Shown here in pieces: positions 56,187-64,000 of a stretch of 64,000 nucleotides of DNA. The notes beneath the pieces were generated by a model. The model did no database searches and was not told the origin of the DNA. It saw only the letters and a list, made by a program, of their open reading frames with translations. Where the stretch lies: contig CAVSTP010000003.1 of the NCBI GenBank assembly GCA_963730935.1, forward strand, positions 320,001-384,000. Reading direction: 5' to 3'. A program made the position numbers and the translations under genes. The DNA comes from an uncultured Nitrospiraceae bacterium (GTDB taxonomy: Bacteria; Nitrospirota; Nitrospiria; Nitrospirales; Nitrospiraceae). The number at the start of each line of letters is the position of its first letter. Position 1 is the first letter of the stretch.

Positions 56187-56333
56187 CTCGCGTTCCTGCT
56201 CCTGAATTCCCACGCTCTGCTCCGTACAGACGGGCGCAAAGGAGGCGTAAGTTAGCATAAGATCAGGAAGTATGTCGAGGGAAGGCCCCGGGAGAGAGGT
56301 TGGAGGCGAAGGCACAGCCGCGAGATTGACTCG

Positions 56334-56365
56334 TGAGGAAGGGGCGGCGGTGCACCCCTCCCTCA
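56334..56365 (-). terminator. Possible terminator hairpin after the IPT gene
   Basis: TGAGGAAGGGG / CCCCTCCCTCA stem; no clear U-tract. Confidence 0.35.
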
Positions 56366-56376
56366 GAAACGACCTG

Positions 56377-56847
56377 CTACTTGGCTTGCACCAAAAATCC
56401 CTTGGACCGAGCGTTGCCACCGCCCGCCACAACGTCGATGAAGGACATCCCGGCCTTGACCTCGGGAACCGTCGCTTCGATGGTGCTATCGTTCACGAAC
56501 TTGTAGTCGATCTTCGCCGGTCCTGCCGCGCTGAAGGCGACGCCGTGGAAGCATTCCTTCGTTCCAAAGTTCTCGCCCTTGATCGTGACTTTCTGGCCCG
56601 GCCTGGCTTCGTCGGGCTCCACTTTATGAATCTTAGGACGTTTCGATCGGTCGCACACCGGATCGCGTTCCACCCGCTCCACATCCGACCCCTTGATCGA
56701 TTCCATGTCGTAGAGCGTGAAGCCGGCCCCTTCGACGATGGCTCCCTTATCGCTGGGCTGTGGTTCTTCCGCGCCTAAATCGGGAGCCGAGATCAGGCAC
56801 AGCCCGACCAGTCCTATGAGGTAGAGTGATGATCGCCAAATCTGCAT
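56377..56847 (-). CDS. Exported IPT/TIG (Ig-like) domain protein
   Basis: AAGGAGG RBS; signal peptide; PKIHKVEP..PGQKVTIKGENFG..IEATVP. Confidence 0.82.
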   Translation of the reverse strand: MQIWRSSLYLIGLVGLCLISAPDLGAEEPQPSDKGAIVEGAGFTLYDMESIKGSDVERVERDPVCDRSKRPKIHKVEPDEARPGQKVTIKGENFGTKECFHGVAFSAAGPAKIDYKFVNDSTIEATVPEVKAGMSFIDVVAGGGNARSKGFLVQAK

Positions 56848-56876
56848 AGAGTCCCTCCTTGAACGATAAGGCAGGA

Positions 56877-57758
56877 TTATTTGCGCTCGAACGGTATGTA
56901 GGTGTCCCCGATGATTTGTCGCCCTGCGGACGATTGAGAAAATTGGACGAAAGCGTCGACTATGGGACTTGGATCTTTCTTTGCCAGCAACAGGACGGGC
57001 CGCCTGAGAGGATACCGACCGTCTTTCACGGTGGGGACCTCGGGTTCAACTTTGTCGACCGGCAGCAGCCGCACAGCCACGCCGCTCGTCACGACGGCCA
57101 AACCCTGGTTTAGTGAGATATAGGCGACCGCGGACAGCGGAGGAAGCGTGCCGACTACGGTCTTGATGACTTTGTCGTCCTTCGCGATCACTTTCGCATT
57201 ATCGGGAATCTTGCCGTTAATGCCGAGCTGGCGCTCGAACGCATCGCGGATGTTTTGATTTTTGGGTCGATCGATCAACAAGATTTTGGTTTCCGGACCT
57301 CCCAGCTCAGACCACTCCTTCACCTTACCGGAGTAGATGTCGGCCACCTGTTGCTTCGTCACTTCTTTCGTAAAATTGGACAGGTGGACCAGAATGCCGA
57401 TACCGTCCCAGGCGATCTGGGTGGCGGTCAAGCCGGAATCTTCTGATCCGGTGACCGCAACATGGGCTTCGCCGGCCTTGACCATTTCCACCGGCTTGGA
57501 ATGATCGTCCCACACGACGTCGACATATGCTCGAGGGTTGGCCTTCTCAAACGCCCGTGCCAGCGATTCGATGGTGGTCAGTTCAGGGCCGTTGCCTACG
57601 ACGATGAGGTTACCTGAGACCTCGGCTCGACTCGCTGAGGGAAATACTGCGGCTACGAAGATCGCGAGACACAGTGCCAATAACAGGAACAGATCCGGGA
57701 TAACACCTGATCGGTGACCGGAGGGGGGTACGGTGGACGAGAACGTCAGAAGGTTCAT
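56877..57758 (-). CDS. PstS-like periplasmic substrate-binding protein
   Basis: IAWDGIGILVH, IYSGKVKEWSELGG, TVKDGRYPLRRP. Confidence 0.82.
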   Translation of the reverse strand: MNLLTFSSTVPPSGHRSGVIPDLFLLLALCLAIFVAAVFPSASRAEVSGNLIVVGNGPELTTIESLARAFEKANPRAYVDVVWDDHSKPVEMVKAGEAHVAVTGSEDSGLTATQIAWDGIGILVHLSNFTKEVTKQQVADIYSGKVKEWSELGGPETKILLIDRPKNQNIRDAFERQLGINGKIPDNAKVIAKDDKVIKTVVGTLPPLSAVAYISLNQGLAVVTSGVAVRLLPVDKVEPEVPTVKDGRYPLRRPVLLLAKKDPSPIVDAFVQFSQSSAGRQIIGDTYIPFERK

Positions 57759-57767
57759 GCGAGAGGT

Positions 57768-58097
57768 TTAGTTTTTTTCCGTCTTGTCTGGAGCGTTGGA
57801 CGGAGGCTCCGAACCGGAAAAGACGTCCTGGATCTTTGGCGGGGCGCTCCTGGCGCCGAACAGAGGCGGAAGCTTTGAGAAATTGGCCGTGCGGTTGTTG
57901 AGCATGTCGTACGCCTTCATTTCCTTGAATCCAGGCTTGTGGTCGCCCTTGACCGTTGAAACGAAAGAGGAGAGTAGTCGCGTGGCGTCCTGAGCCTGGC
58001 AAAACGGGCAAATGGTATCTTCCACGCGGGCATGGACCGATTGCGTGACATCAAACTGCTTCTCACAACGCCGGCAACGGTACTCGTACAGTGGCAT
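57768..58097 (-). CDS. FmdB-family zinc-ribbon protein
   Basis: MPLYEYRCRRC..CPFC..RLLS. Confidence 0.88.
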   Translation of the reverse strand: MPLYEYRCRRCEKQFDVTQSVHARVEDTICPFCQAQDATRLLSSFVSTVKGDHKPGFKEMKAYDMLNNRTANFSKLPPLFGARSAPPKIQDVFSGSEPPSNAPDKTEKN

Positions 58098-58233
58098 GTC
58101 TTTCCCCGCACTCTCGGCGGTCTTTCGAGCGCAACGTGCGCCCTTGACCATCCGTTAAAGTTTGCCTTATTGTAGCACACCTGCCTGGTTCGAAGACTAG
58201 GGGATATCGGCGACAAGAGGAGGAGGATGTGCG

Positions 58234-58410
58234 ATGGCGGTGTTGATTCGACGTTACAAAGGCCACAATGGCATGATGCAAGAAGAGCGTATCGACGACG
58301 ACGATCGGATCGAGCGCTATTTCCGGCTATTCGAGAAGGACGACATCAAGAAATTGGAGACCGGTGTCAAAGTGTTCATTGAAAAGGACGAATGGCAGCT
58401 CCTTCCTTAA
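58234..58410 (+). CDS. 58-aa small protein absent from the ORF track
   Basis: GAGGAGGAGG RBS; MAVLIRRYKGHNGMMQEERIDDDDRIERYFRLFEKDDIKKLETGVKVFIEKDEWQLLP*. Confidence 0.75.
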   Translation: MAVLIRRYKGHNGMMQEERIDDDDRIERYFRLFEKDDIKKLETGVKVFIEKDEWQLLP

Positions 58411-58452
58411 CAGCCGGAAGGGACCTCATCACCCAGCCTTTACGATTCCTCA

Positions 58453-58656
58453 ATGACATATTGGATACACGTCGCCCATTCGATCGATCGGGTCACGTTG
58501 CACAGGGACCGGTGTTCGGAAGTGCCGTCCACGCAAACCTCCACAGATTACTGGGGGGGCGGCTGGTACGATTATCCTGACAAGGAACGCGCCCTCGCCG
58601 CAATGGAACAGGCGGGACCGTCCGACTTACGGCGCTGCCCCCTCTGCAAACCTTAA
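58453..58656 (+). CDS. Small putative zinc-binding protein
   Basis: H-x3-C ... C-x2-CKP pattern. Confidence 0.6.
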   Translation: MTYWIHVAHSIDRVTLHRDRCSEVPSTQTSTDYWGGGWYDYPDKERALAAMEQAGPSDLRRCPLCKP

Positions 58657-58693
58657 CTAGAGCGTTCCACAGTTCAGGTCTTTTTCCATCTTC

Positions 58694-59557
58694 ATGCCTC
58701 GTCTGGCGCTGCTCCTAACCACCTTCATTTGGGGTGCGACATTCCCCGCGACCAAGGCGGCCTTGGAGCAGATACCGCCGCTGTCGTTTCTAGGCCTTCG
58801 ATTTCTACTCGGCACCTTACTGATCGCGGCATGGTTCCTAATGGTAGGCCATCGTCTGCGGCGAGAGAGAGGAGTCTTGAAGGCCAGCGCCGTTGCGACA
58901 GTGTTTCTCTTCTTTGGCTATACCCTGCAAACCGTCGGCCTGAATTACACGAGTGCTTCCAACAGCGCATTTTTGACCGCTTTGTATGTGGTCATCGTGC
59001 CACTGATACTGCGCCGCTTCGACCTCCGTGTCATCGTTGCGACGGTGATCGCCACGGTGGGCTTATGGCTCCTCGTCAAACCCAGTACAACAATGAATGT
59101 CGGCGATCTGATGACGATCGGCTGTGCCGTTGCTTTTGCCGCACACATCGTCTGTCTTGAGCACTACACACGCCTGTTCGACGCGCCGAGCTTGCTCCTG
59201 TGGCAGATGAGCGCAATGACGTTGCTGTTTCTTCCGACGATGGCCTGGGAGCAGGCTCCCGCAGAGGCCTTTGCGCCGTCGGCTGCGCTCGTGATCGGCC
59301 TGACCGTGACCGGCATCTTCGCGACGGGCGCGTTTGCCGTGCAGATGTGGGCGCAGCAGTTGATTCCCGCCCAGCAGGTCGCGCTCATCTTTGCGTCCGA
59401 GCCTGCCTATGCCGCCTGGTTGTCGTGGTACTTTCTCGGCGAGGTCATGGATCTACAGGGCTGGGTTGGAAGCGCATTGATTCTGACGGCGGTGCTCATC
59501 GGCGCGTTTGTGTCGCCCCCGCCGCCGGCGGTCGCTGCTGCAACGGAGCCGGCATAA
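58694..59557 (+). CDS. DMT/EamA family transporter
   Basis: IWGATF, LRF, QTVGLNYTSASNSAF, EP..A; about 10 TM. Confidence 0.92.
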   Translation: MPRLALLLTTFIWGATFPATKAALEQIPPLSFLGLRFLLGTLLIAAWFLMVGHRLRRERGVLKASAVATVFLFFGYTLQTVGLNYTSASNSAFLTALYVVIVPLILRRFDLRVIVATVIATVGLWLLVKPSTTMNVGDLMTIGCAVAFAAHIVCLEHYTRLFDAPSLLLWQMSAMTLLFLPTMAWEQAPAEAFAPSAALVIGLTVTGIFATGAFAVQMWAQQLIPAQQVALIFASEPAYAAWLSWYFLGEVMDLQGWVGSALILTAVLIGAFVSPPPPAVAAATEPA

Positions 59558-59569
59558 TCGGAACGGACA

Positions 59570-60037
59570 ATGGCTCAAAAGTTCGGAAACGGCCGGTGGG
59601 TGCGGGAAGGATTTCTGGACAATCGCGTCGAGGGGACTGTCATCGGTCGCATCGTCCTGGCCGCCGTCGGCCCTGTCGATCTCTACTTAACGGGCGATTT
59701 CAAGCCTGACATCGCCGGACGATTGATTCAATTCCGCAACAGTCGCTTTGAAGATGATGACTTGGCCGGTCAGGTCATCGGCGATATCGCCAATCCCCAA
59801 ATCGGAACCGTCAACCTGATTTCATTCGATCCGCATCCGAATCTCATGCCCCATCCGTATGTCGAATGGTTTTCGGCGGGATCGAATCATTATCGGTTTG
59901 AGCTCGCGGTGGAAGACGCCTGGATTGTGCCGTCGAGCGAATACGGACCTCTGGATGAGCAGAGCCGGGAGATTCGGGCTAGGTTGGCCGGGCAGGCCGT
60001 CAAGCGTCCGGAGCGGGAAGAGTCGGATTGGGTCTGA
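59570..60037 (+). CDS. Hypothetical protein
   Basis: 155 aa ORF filling the gap; GFLDNR and HPYVEWFS look conserved. Confidence 0.7.
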   Translation: MAQKFGNGRWVREGFLDNRVEGTVIGRIVLAAVGPVDLYLTGDFKPDIAGRLIQFRNSRFEDDDLAGQVIGDIANPQIGTVNLISFDPHPNLMPHPYVEWFSAGSNHYRFELAVEDAWIVPSSEYGPLDEQSREIRARLAGQAVKRPEREESDWV

Positions 60038-60049
60038 GCGGAAGCCGTC

Positions 60050-61045
60050 CTAGCCTTCCGCTGCGCTGAGAGTTCCCGTGATGGTCTCTTCTTTGCTTTT
60101 CTGCTCTCGCACGTATACAGGCACGCCTCGAACGTCCCAGACGAGCCCCAGCCATTCCATCCCTTTGAGGCAGTAGTAGGTCATGTCGATCTCCCACCAG
60201 TAGAAACCCTGCCGCGTCGAAGCCGGATAGAAATGGTGGTTGTTGTGCCAGCCCTCGCCCATGGTAATCAGTGCGAGTAGAAAGTTATTGCGGCTGTCGT
60301 CACCGGTGTCATAACGCTGGGATCCGTACACATGTGAAAGCGAATTAATCGTGCAGGTGCCATGAATCAATGCAACGGTCGAAACAAAAAATCCCCAAAT
60401 GAGCATTTGCGGTCCGTTGGTTCCGAGCTGCGGAGCATAGATCTCCAACAGTTTGCCGAAACCGAACATCGCAAAGCCCGCAACAGTGGGAACTAGGATG
60501 TCGAAACGGTCAAGAAAACGCAGCTCAGGATACTTGGCAAAGTCGGCGATGCCTTTCAAACGGGGAGCAAAATGCGTTTGCGACGTAAACCATCCGATAT
60601 GCGACCAGAGGAATCCGCCTTGAGCCGGGGAGTGCACATCGTCCTTCGTGTCGGACGCAATGTGGTGATGGCGGTGATGGCCGGCCCACCACAGAGGCCC
60701 TCGTTGGGCGCAAGATCCGCCGAGCACGGCAAAGGCAAACTGCACGGCGCGCGAGGTCTTGAATGTTCGATGAGAGAAATAGCGGTGATACCAGCCCGTG
60801 ATCGCAAACATCCGCACAAAATAGAATGCGACTGCGACCGCCACGGCGGTCCAGCTCGTTCCTACCCAGATGATGCCCAAGCACATCGCATGGACAGCAA
60901 TAATAGGGATGCATCGCAGCCAGTCCATCTTGGGGACGCCGTCGGTTTTCATGTACTCGAGGCCGGCCCAGGAATCGAACCATCGCAACACCGTAAACCA
61001 CAGGTCCTGCGCCTTGGTCGGGAGAGGAGTACGTACGTCGGACAT
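60050..61045 (-). CDS. Acyl-CoA (delta-9-type) fatty acid desaturase
   Basis: His boxes HRYFSH, HRHHH, GEGWHNNHH; GGAGG RBS. Confidence 0.93.
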   Translation of the reverse strand: MSDVRTPLPTKAQDLWFTVLRWFDSWAGLEYMKTDGVPKMDWLRCIPIIAVHAMCLGIIWVGTSWTAVAVAVAFYFVRMFAITGWYHRYFSHRTFKTSRAVQFAFAVLGGSCAQRGPLWWAGHHRHHHIASDTKDDVHSPAQGGFLWSHIGWFTSQTHFAPRLKGIADFAKYPELRFLDRFDILVPTVAGFAMFGFGKLLEIYAPQLGTNGPQMLIWGFFVSTVALIHGTCTINSLSHVYGSQRYDTGDDSRNNFLLALITMGEGWHNNHHFYPASTRQGFYWWEIDMTYYCLKGMEWLGLVWDVRGVPVYVREQKSKEETITGTLSAAEG

Positions 61046-61369
61046 TCGGATTACCTCCAAATTAAACCCGGCATTCCGCCGGGCACACACTGGGCAGCTG
61101 AATCTCAGTAAGGCCTCGGCACTTGAGGGTGGTTCACGAGGCGGGTTGCACAATCCAAGGCTATTTCACAAGTACCCTCACCGGCCTTGAACGATGGAAC
61201 TGTATTATACATCAATTTTCTCCAAATGATAGAGGCTTCGGATTCTTCAATTGTACCGGATCGCTCCTCACTGTCGACTCGAGCGTAAAATCGCGATGTT
61301 GCCAATCGAAATGATTGAAATCGACCTGGCCATTTCTTGTTACTGTAGGTCTAATGACCATCCGTCGAT

Positions 61370-61437
61370 GGGAAAATGGCGTATCTCAAGTGCAACTGGA
61401 ACGGGTGAGAATAGAGACTTTCCGAGCATCCTGCTAG
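61370..61437 (-). repeat. Dispersed repeat copy abutting the hemE promoter
   Basis: Minus strand CTAGCAGGATGCTCGGAAA..TTCTCACCCG..GAGATACGCCATTTTCCC. Confidence 0.65.
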
Positions 61438-61449
61438 AATGCGCGACCC

Positions 61450-62475
61450 ATGAAGGATCGCTTTCTCAAGGCCTGTCGCCGCGAACCGGTGGATTGCACA
61501 CCGGTGTGGTTCATGCGGCAGGCAGGCCGGTACATGGCGGAATACCGCTCCTTGCGGGCCAAGCACTCCATGCTGGCGCTCTGCAAAACGCCAGAGCTGG
61601 CCGCGCAGGTCACCCTCCAACCGATCGACCGATTCCCGGTGGATGCCGCGATTATCTTTGCCGACATCCTCTTACCGCTGGAGGCGATGGGATTGAATTT
61701 GGAATTCGCCGAAGGGGAGGGGCCCATCATCCATAATCCGATCCGTGAGCGGGCCGATGTCGAGCACCTCAAGGCGATCGACGGGACGGAATTGGAGTAT
61801 GTCGCTGAGGCGATACGGCAGACCCGCCAGGCTCTGGATGGGCGCGTGCCGCTGATCGGATTCGCCGGGGCGCCGTTTACCCTCGCGAGTTATGCGATCG
61901 AGGGCGGCGGGTCCCGCAATTACGTCCTCACGAAATCTATGATGTATCGCGAACCGGAGGCCTGGCATCAGCTGATGGATAAGTTGGCCCGCGTTGTGAC
62001 CGGCTATCTGCGCCGACAGATCCGGGGCGGCGCGCAAGCGATCCAACTCTTCGATAGTTGGGTTGGCTGCCTATCGGCGGGCGACTATGCGGAATACGTC
62101 AGGCCTCATGTACAACTGATTTTCGAGGGATTGAGGCGCGAAGGCGTGCCCATGATCCATTTTGGCACCGGTACCACCGCGTTGTTACGCCAGATGCGGG
62201 AAGCTGGAGGCGATGTCATCGGCGTTGATTGGCGCGTTCACCTCGATGAGGCATGGGCTATGATCGGTCACGATCGCGCCGTGCAAGGGAACTTGGATCC
62301 AGTCGCACTGTATGCCCCGCTCCATGAAATTGAACGCAGGGTGGAAGATATCCTGCGCCGGGCTGCCGGCCGCAATGGACATATTTTCAACCTGGGCCAC
62401 GGCATTCTGCCGACGACGCCGATCGAGCATGTCGAGGCCGCCATCAACATGATCCACAAATTGAGCCAGCGGTAG
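61450..62475 (+). CDS. hemE: Uroporphyrinogen decarboxylase
   Basis: PVWFMRQAGRY, IGFAGAPFTLASY, QLFDSW, FNLGHG. Confidence 0.97.
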   Translation: MKDRFLKACRREPVDCTPVWFMRQAGRYMAEYRSLRAKHSMLALCKTPELAAQVTLQPIDRFPVDAAIIFADILLPLEAMGLNLEFAEGEGPIIHNPIRERADVEHLKAIDGTELEYVAEAIRQTRQALDGRVPLIGFAGAPFTLASYAIEGGGSRNYVLTKSMMYREPEAWHQLMDKLARVVTGYLRRQIRGGAQAIQLFDSWVGCLSAGDYAEYVRPHVQLIFEGLRREGVPMIHFGTGTTALLRQMREAGGDVIGVDWRVHLDEAWAMIGHDRAVQGNLDPVALYAPLHEIERRVEDILRRAAGRNGHIFNLGHGILPTTPIEHVEAAINMIHKLSQR

Positions 62476-62489
62476 CCGTCGTCATCCTC

Positions 62490-63440
62490 ATGCCACCCAC
62501 ATCACAACCGATCGCCGTGCTTCTCATGGCCATGGGAGGACCGGATTGCCTCGAGAACGTGGAGCCATTCCTGCGCGACGTGCGCGGCGGGCGTCCCACT
62601 CCGCCAGAGCTTGTCGCCGAAATTCAAGCGCGTTATCGAGCGACCGGTGGAAAATCTCCGGCTGTCGACATGACGATGAGCGTGGCGAAAAAGCTCGAGG
62701 CGCGGTTGAACGAGTCCGGCCGCGGGCGCTATCGGGTGTATGTGGGTCTTCGGCATTGGCACCCGTTCATCAAGGATACCTTGGCCCAAGTGCTTCGAGA
62801 CGATCCGGAGCACATCATTGGCTTCTGCATGGCCCCCCAGCAATCGTCCCTCAGTACCGGCGCCTATCGAAAAAAAGTCGAGGAAGCCCAAGCATTCATG
62901 AGCGATCACCGTTCCATCAGTTACGTGGGGAGTTGGAACAGGCATCCGAAGTTCATCGCTGGCATCGTCGACAACATTCAACAGGGGCTTCACAGGTTTC
63001 CTCCCGCTGCCCGCCCCCATGTCACCGTCCTGTTCACCGCCCACAGTTTGCCGGAACGGATTGTGGCGATGAACGATCCTTACCCTAATGAGGTGAACGG
63101 TACGGTGGCCGCCGTGACCGCCTTCCTCGGCGGACAACCATCGGCGTTCGCCTATCAAAGCCAAGGGCGCTCTGCCGAACGGTGGCTTGGTCCCATGGTG
63201 GAAGCCACCCTTGACGAATTGGCGTGTGCCGGGCAACGGCACGTGCTGGTGGCGCCGATTGGATTTCTGTGCGATCACGTCGAGACGCTGTACGACATCG
63301 ACATCGAGTTGAAGCAGGTGGCGTCCGGCCGTGGAATTCAGCTGGAGCGCATTGCGATGCTGAACGACTCGTCCGTCTTCATTGAGACACTGGTCGACGT
63401 CGTCGCTGCTCACGAATCCTCGTTGTCGATTCCGTCGTGA
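62490..63440 (+). CDS. hemH: Ferrochelatase
   Basis: LLMAMGGP, GGKSP, FTAHSLP, YQS, WLGP, GFLCDHVETLYDID. Confidence 0.95.
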   Translation: MPPTSQPIAVLLMAMGGPDCLENVEPFLRDVRGGRPTPPELVAEIQARYRATGGKSPAVDMTMSVAKKLEARLNESGRGRYRVYVGLRHWHPFIKDTLAQVLRDDPEHIIGFCMAPQQSSLSTGAYRKKVEEAQAFMSDHRSISYVGSWNRHPKFIAGIVDNIQQGLHRFPPAARPHVTVLFTAHSLPERIVAMNDPYPNEVNGTVAAVTAFLGGQPSAFAYQSQGRSAERWLGPMVEATLDELACAGQRHVLVAPIGFLCDHVETLYDIDIELKQVASGRGIQLERIAMLNDSSVFIETLVDVVAAHESSLSIPS

Positions 63441-64000
63441 CCTCTCCTCACACAGTCGTGGTGATCGGTGGAGGCATTTCCGGATTGGCGACGGCGCTTG
63501 CGCTGATGGAGCAAGCCGACGCGACAGGAGTGGCGCTGCGTTGTACCGTGCTGGAGGCAGGACACGCTTGGGGCGGCAAGATCGTTACTCACAAAATCCG
63601 CGAACTGATTACCGAAGCCGGCCCTGATTCATTCCTGTCCACCAAGCCTGCCGGACTTGAGCTCGTGGCTAAGCTCGGTCTGACCCAGGAGCTGATCAAT
63701 ACCAACGAAACCGGCAAGAAGGCATTTGTCTATTCGTGTGGACGCTTGCGAGAACTGCCCGAAGGCCTTATTGCGTTCACCCCGGGACAGATCGGCCCTT
63801 TTTTGAAGAGCGGTCTGTTGTCTTTCCGCGGTGTTCTCCGCATGGGTCTGGATTTCGTGCTGCCGGCCAATCGGTCTACCATCGACGAATCGCTCGCTTC
63901 GTTTATCCGACGTCGGTTCGGCCGGGAAGCCTTCGAACGCATGATGGAGCCGTTGATGGCCGGCATCTATGCCGGCGATGCCGAGCAGATGAGCGTGAGA
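63437..64000 (+). CDS. hemG: HemY-type (co)protoporphyrinogen oxidase, 3'-truncated by the window; absent from the ORF track
   Basis: GTG overlapping the hemH stop; VIGGGISGL, EAGPDSF, EPLMAGIYAGD. Confidence 0.92.
   Translation, partial: MTSPHTVVVIGGGISGLATALALMEQADATGVALRCTVLEAGHAWGGKIVTHKIRELITEAGPDSFLSTKPAGLELVAKLGLTQELINTNETGKKAFVYSCGRLRELPEGLIAFTPGQIGPFLKSGLLSFRGVLRMGLDFVLPANRSTIDESLASFIRRRFGREAFERMMEPLMAGIYAGDAEQMSVR

Overview
GC-rich bacterial chromosomal window with about 57 protein-coding genes. I found no rRNA, tRNA, CRISPR array, integrase or transposase. Gene content and repeat style suggest a Nitrospira-like (Nitrospirota) genome; this is inference, not a database result. Housekeeping content: tRNA nucleotidyltransferase, long Lhr helicase, ATP-dependent DNA ligase, pyk, prmA, thiD/tenA, sthA, a two-subunit biotin-dependent 2-oxoacid carboxylase (pycAB/cfiAB type), an acyl-CoA desaturase and hemE-hemH-hemG(Y), the last truncated by the window end. 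Most notable observations: (1) a histidine-phosphatase-fold + ATP-PFK fusion with altered substrate residues, divergent from pyk; (2) an RnfD/NqrB-like ORF reading in frame into a DUF2330 gene that keeps its own RBS and signal peptide; (3) a ~320-nt highly base-paired non-coding element between tenA and thiD; (4) a dispersed repeat family (TTCTCACCCRCCC core) with at least five copies that supplies an in-frame protein loop, a stop codon and a promoter -10 box; (5) a second, heptamer-built repeat that is also embedded in lhr; (6) a nine-repeat beta-propeller lipoprotein with a palindromic operator; (7) an uncharacterised membrane protein + VWA-like lipoprotein pair; (8) many apparently leaderless genes. 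All family assignments come from motif recognition by eye.
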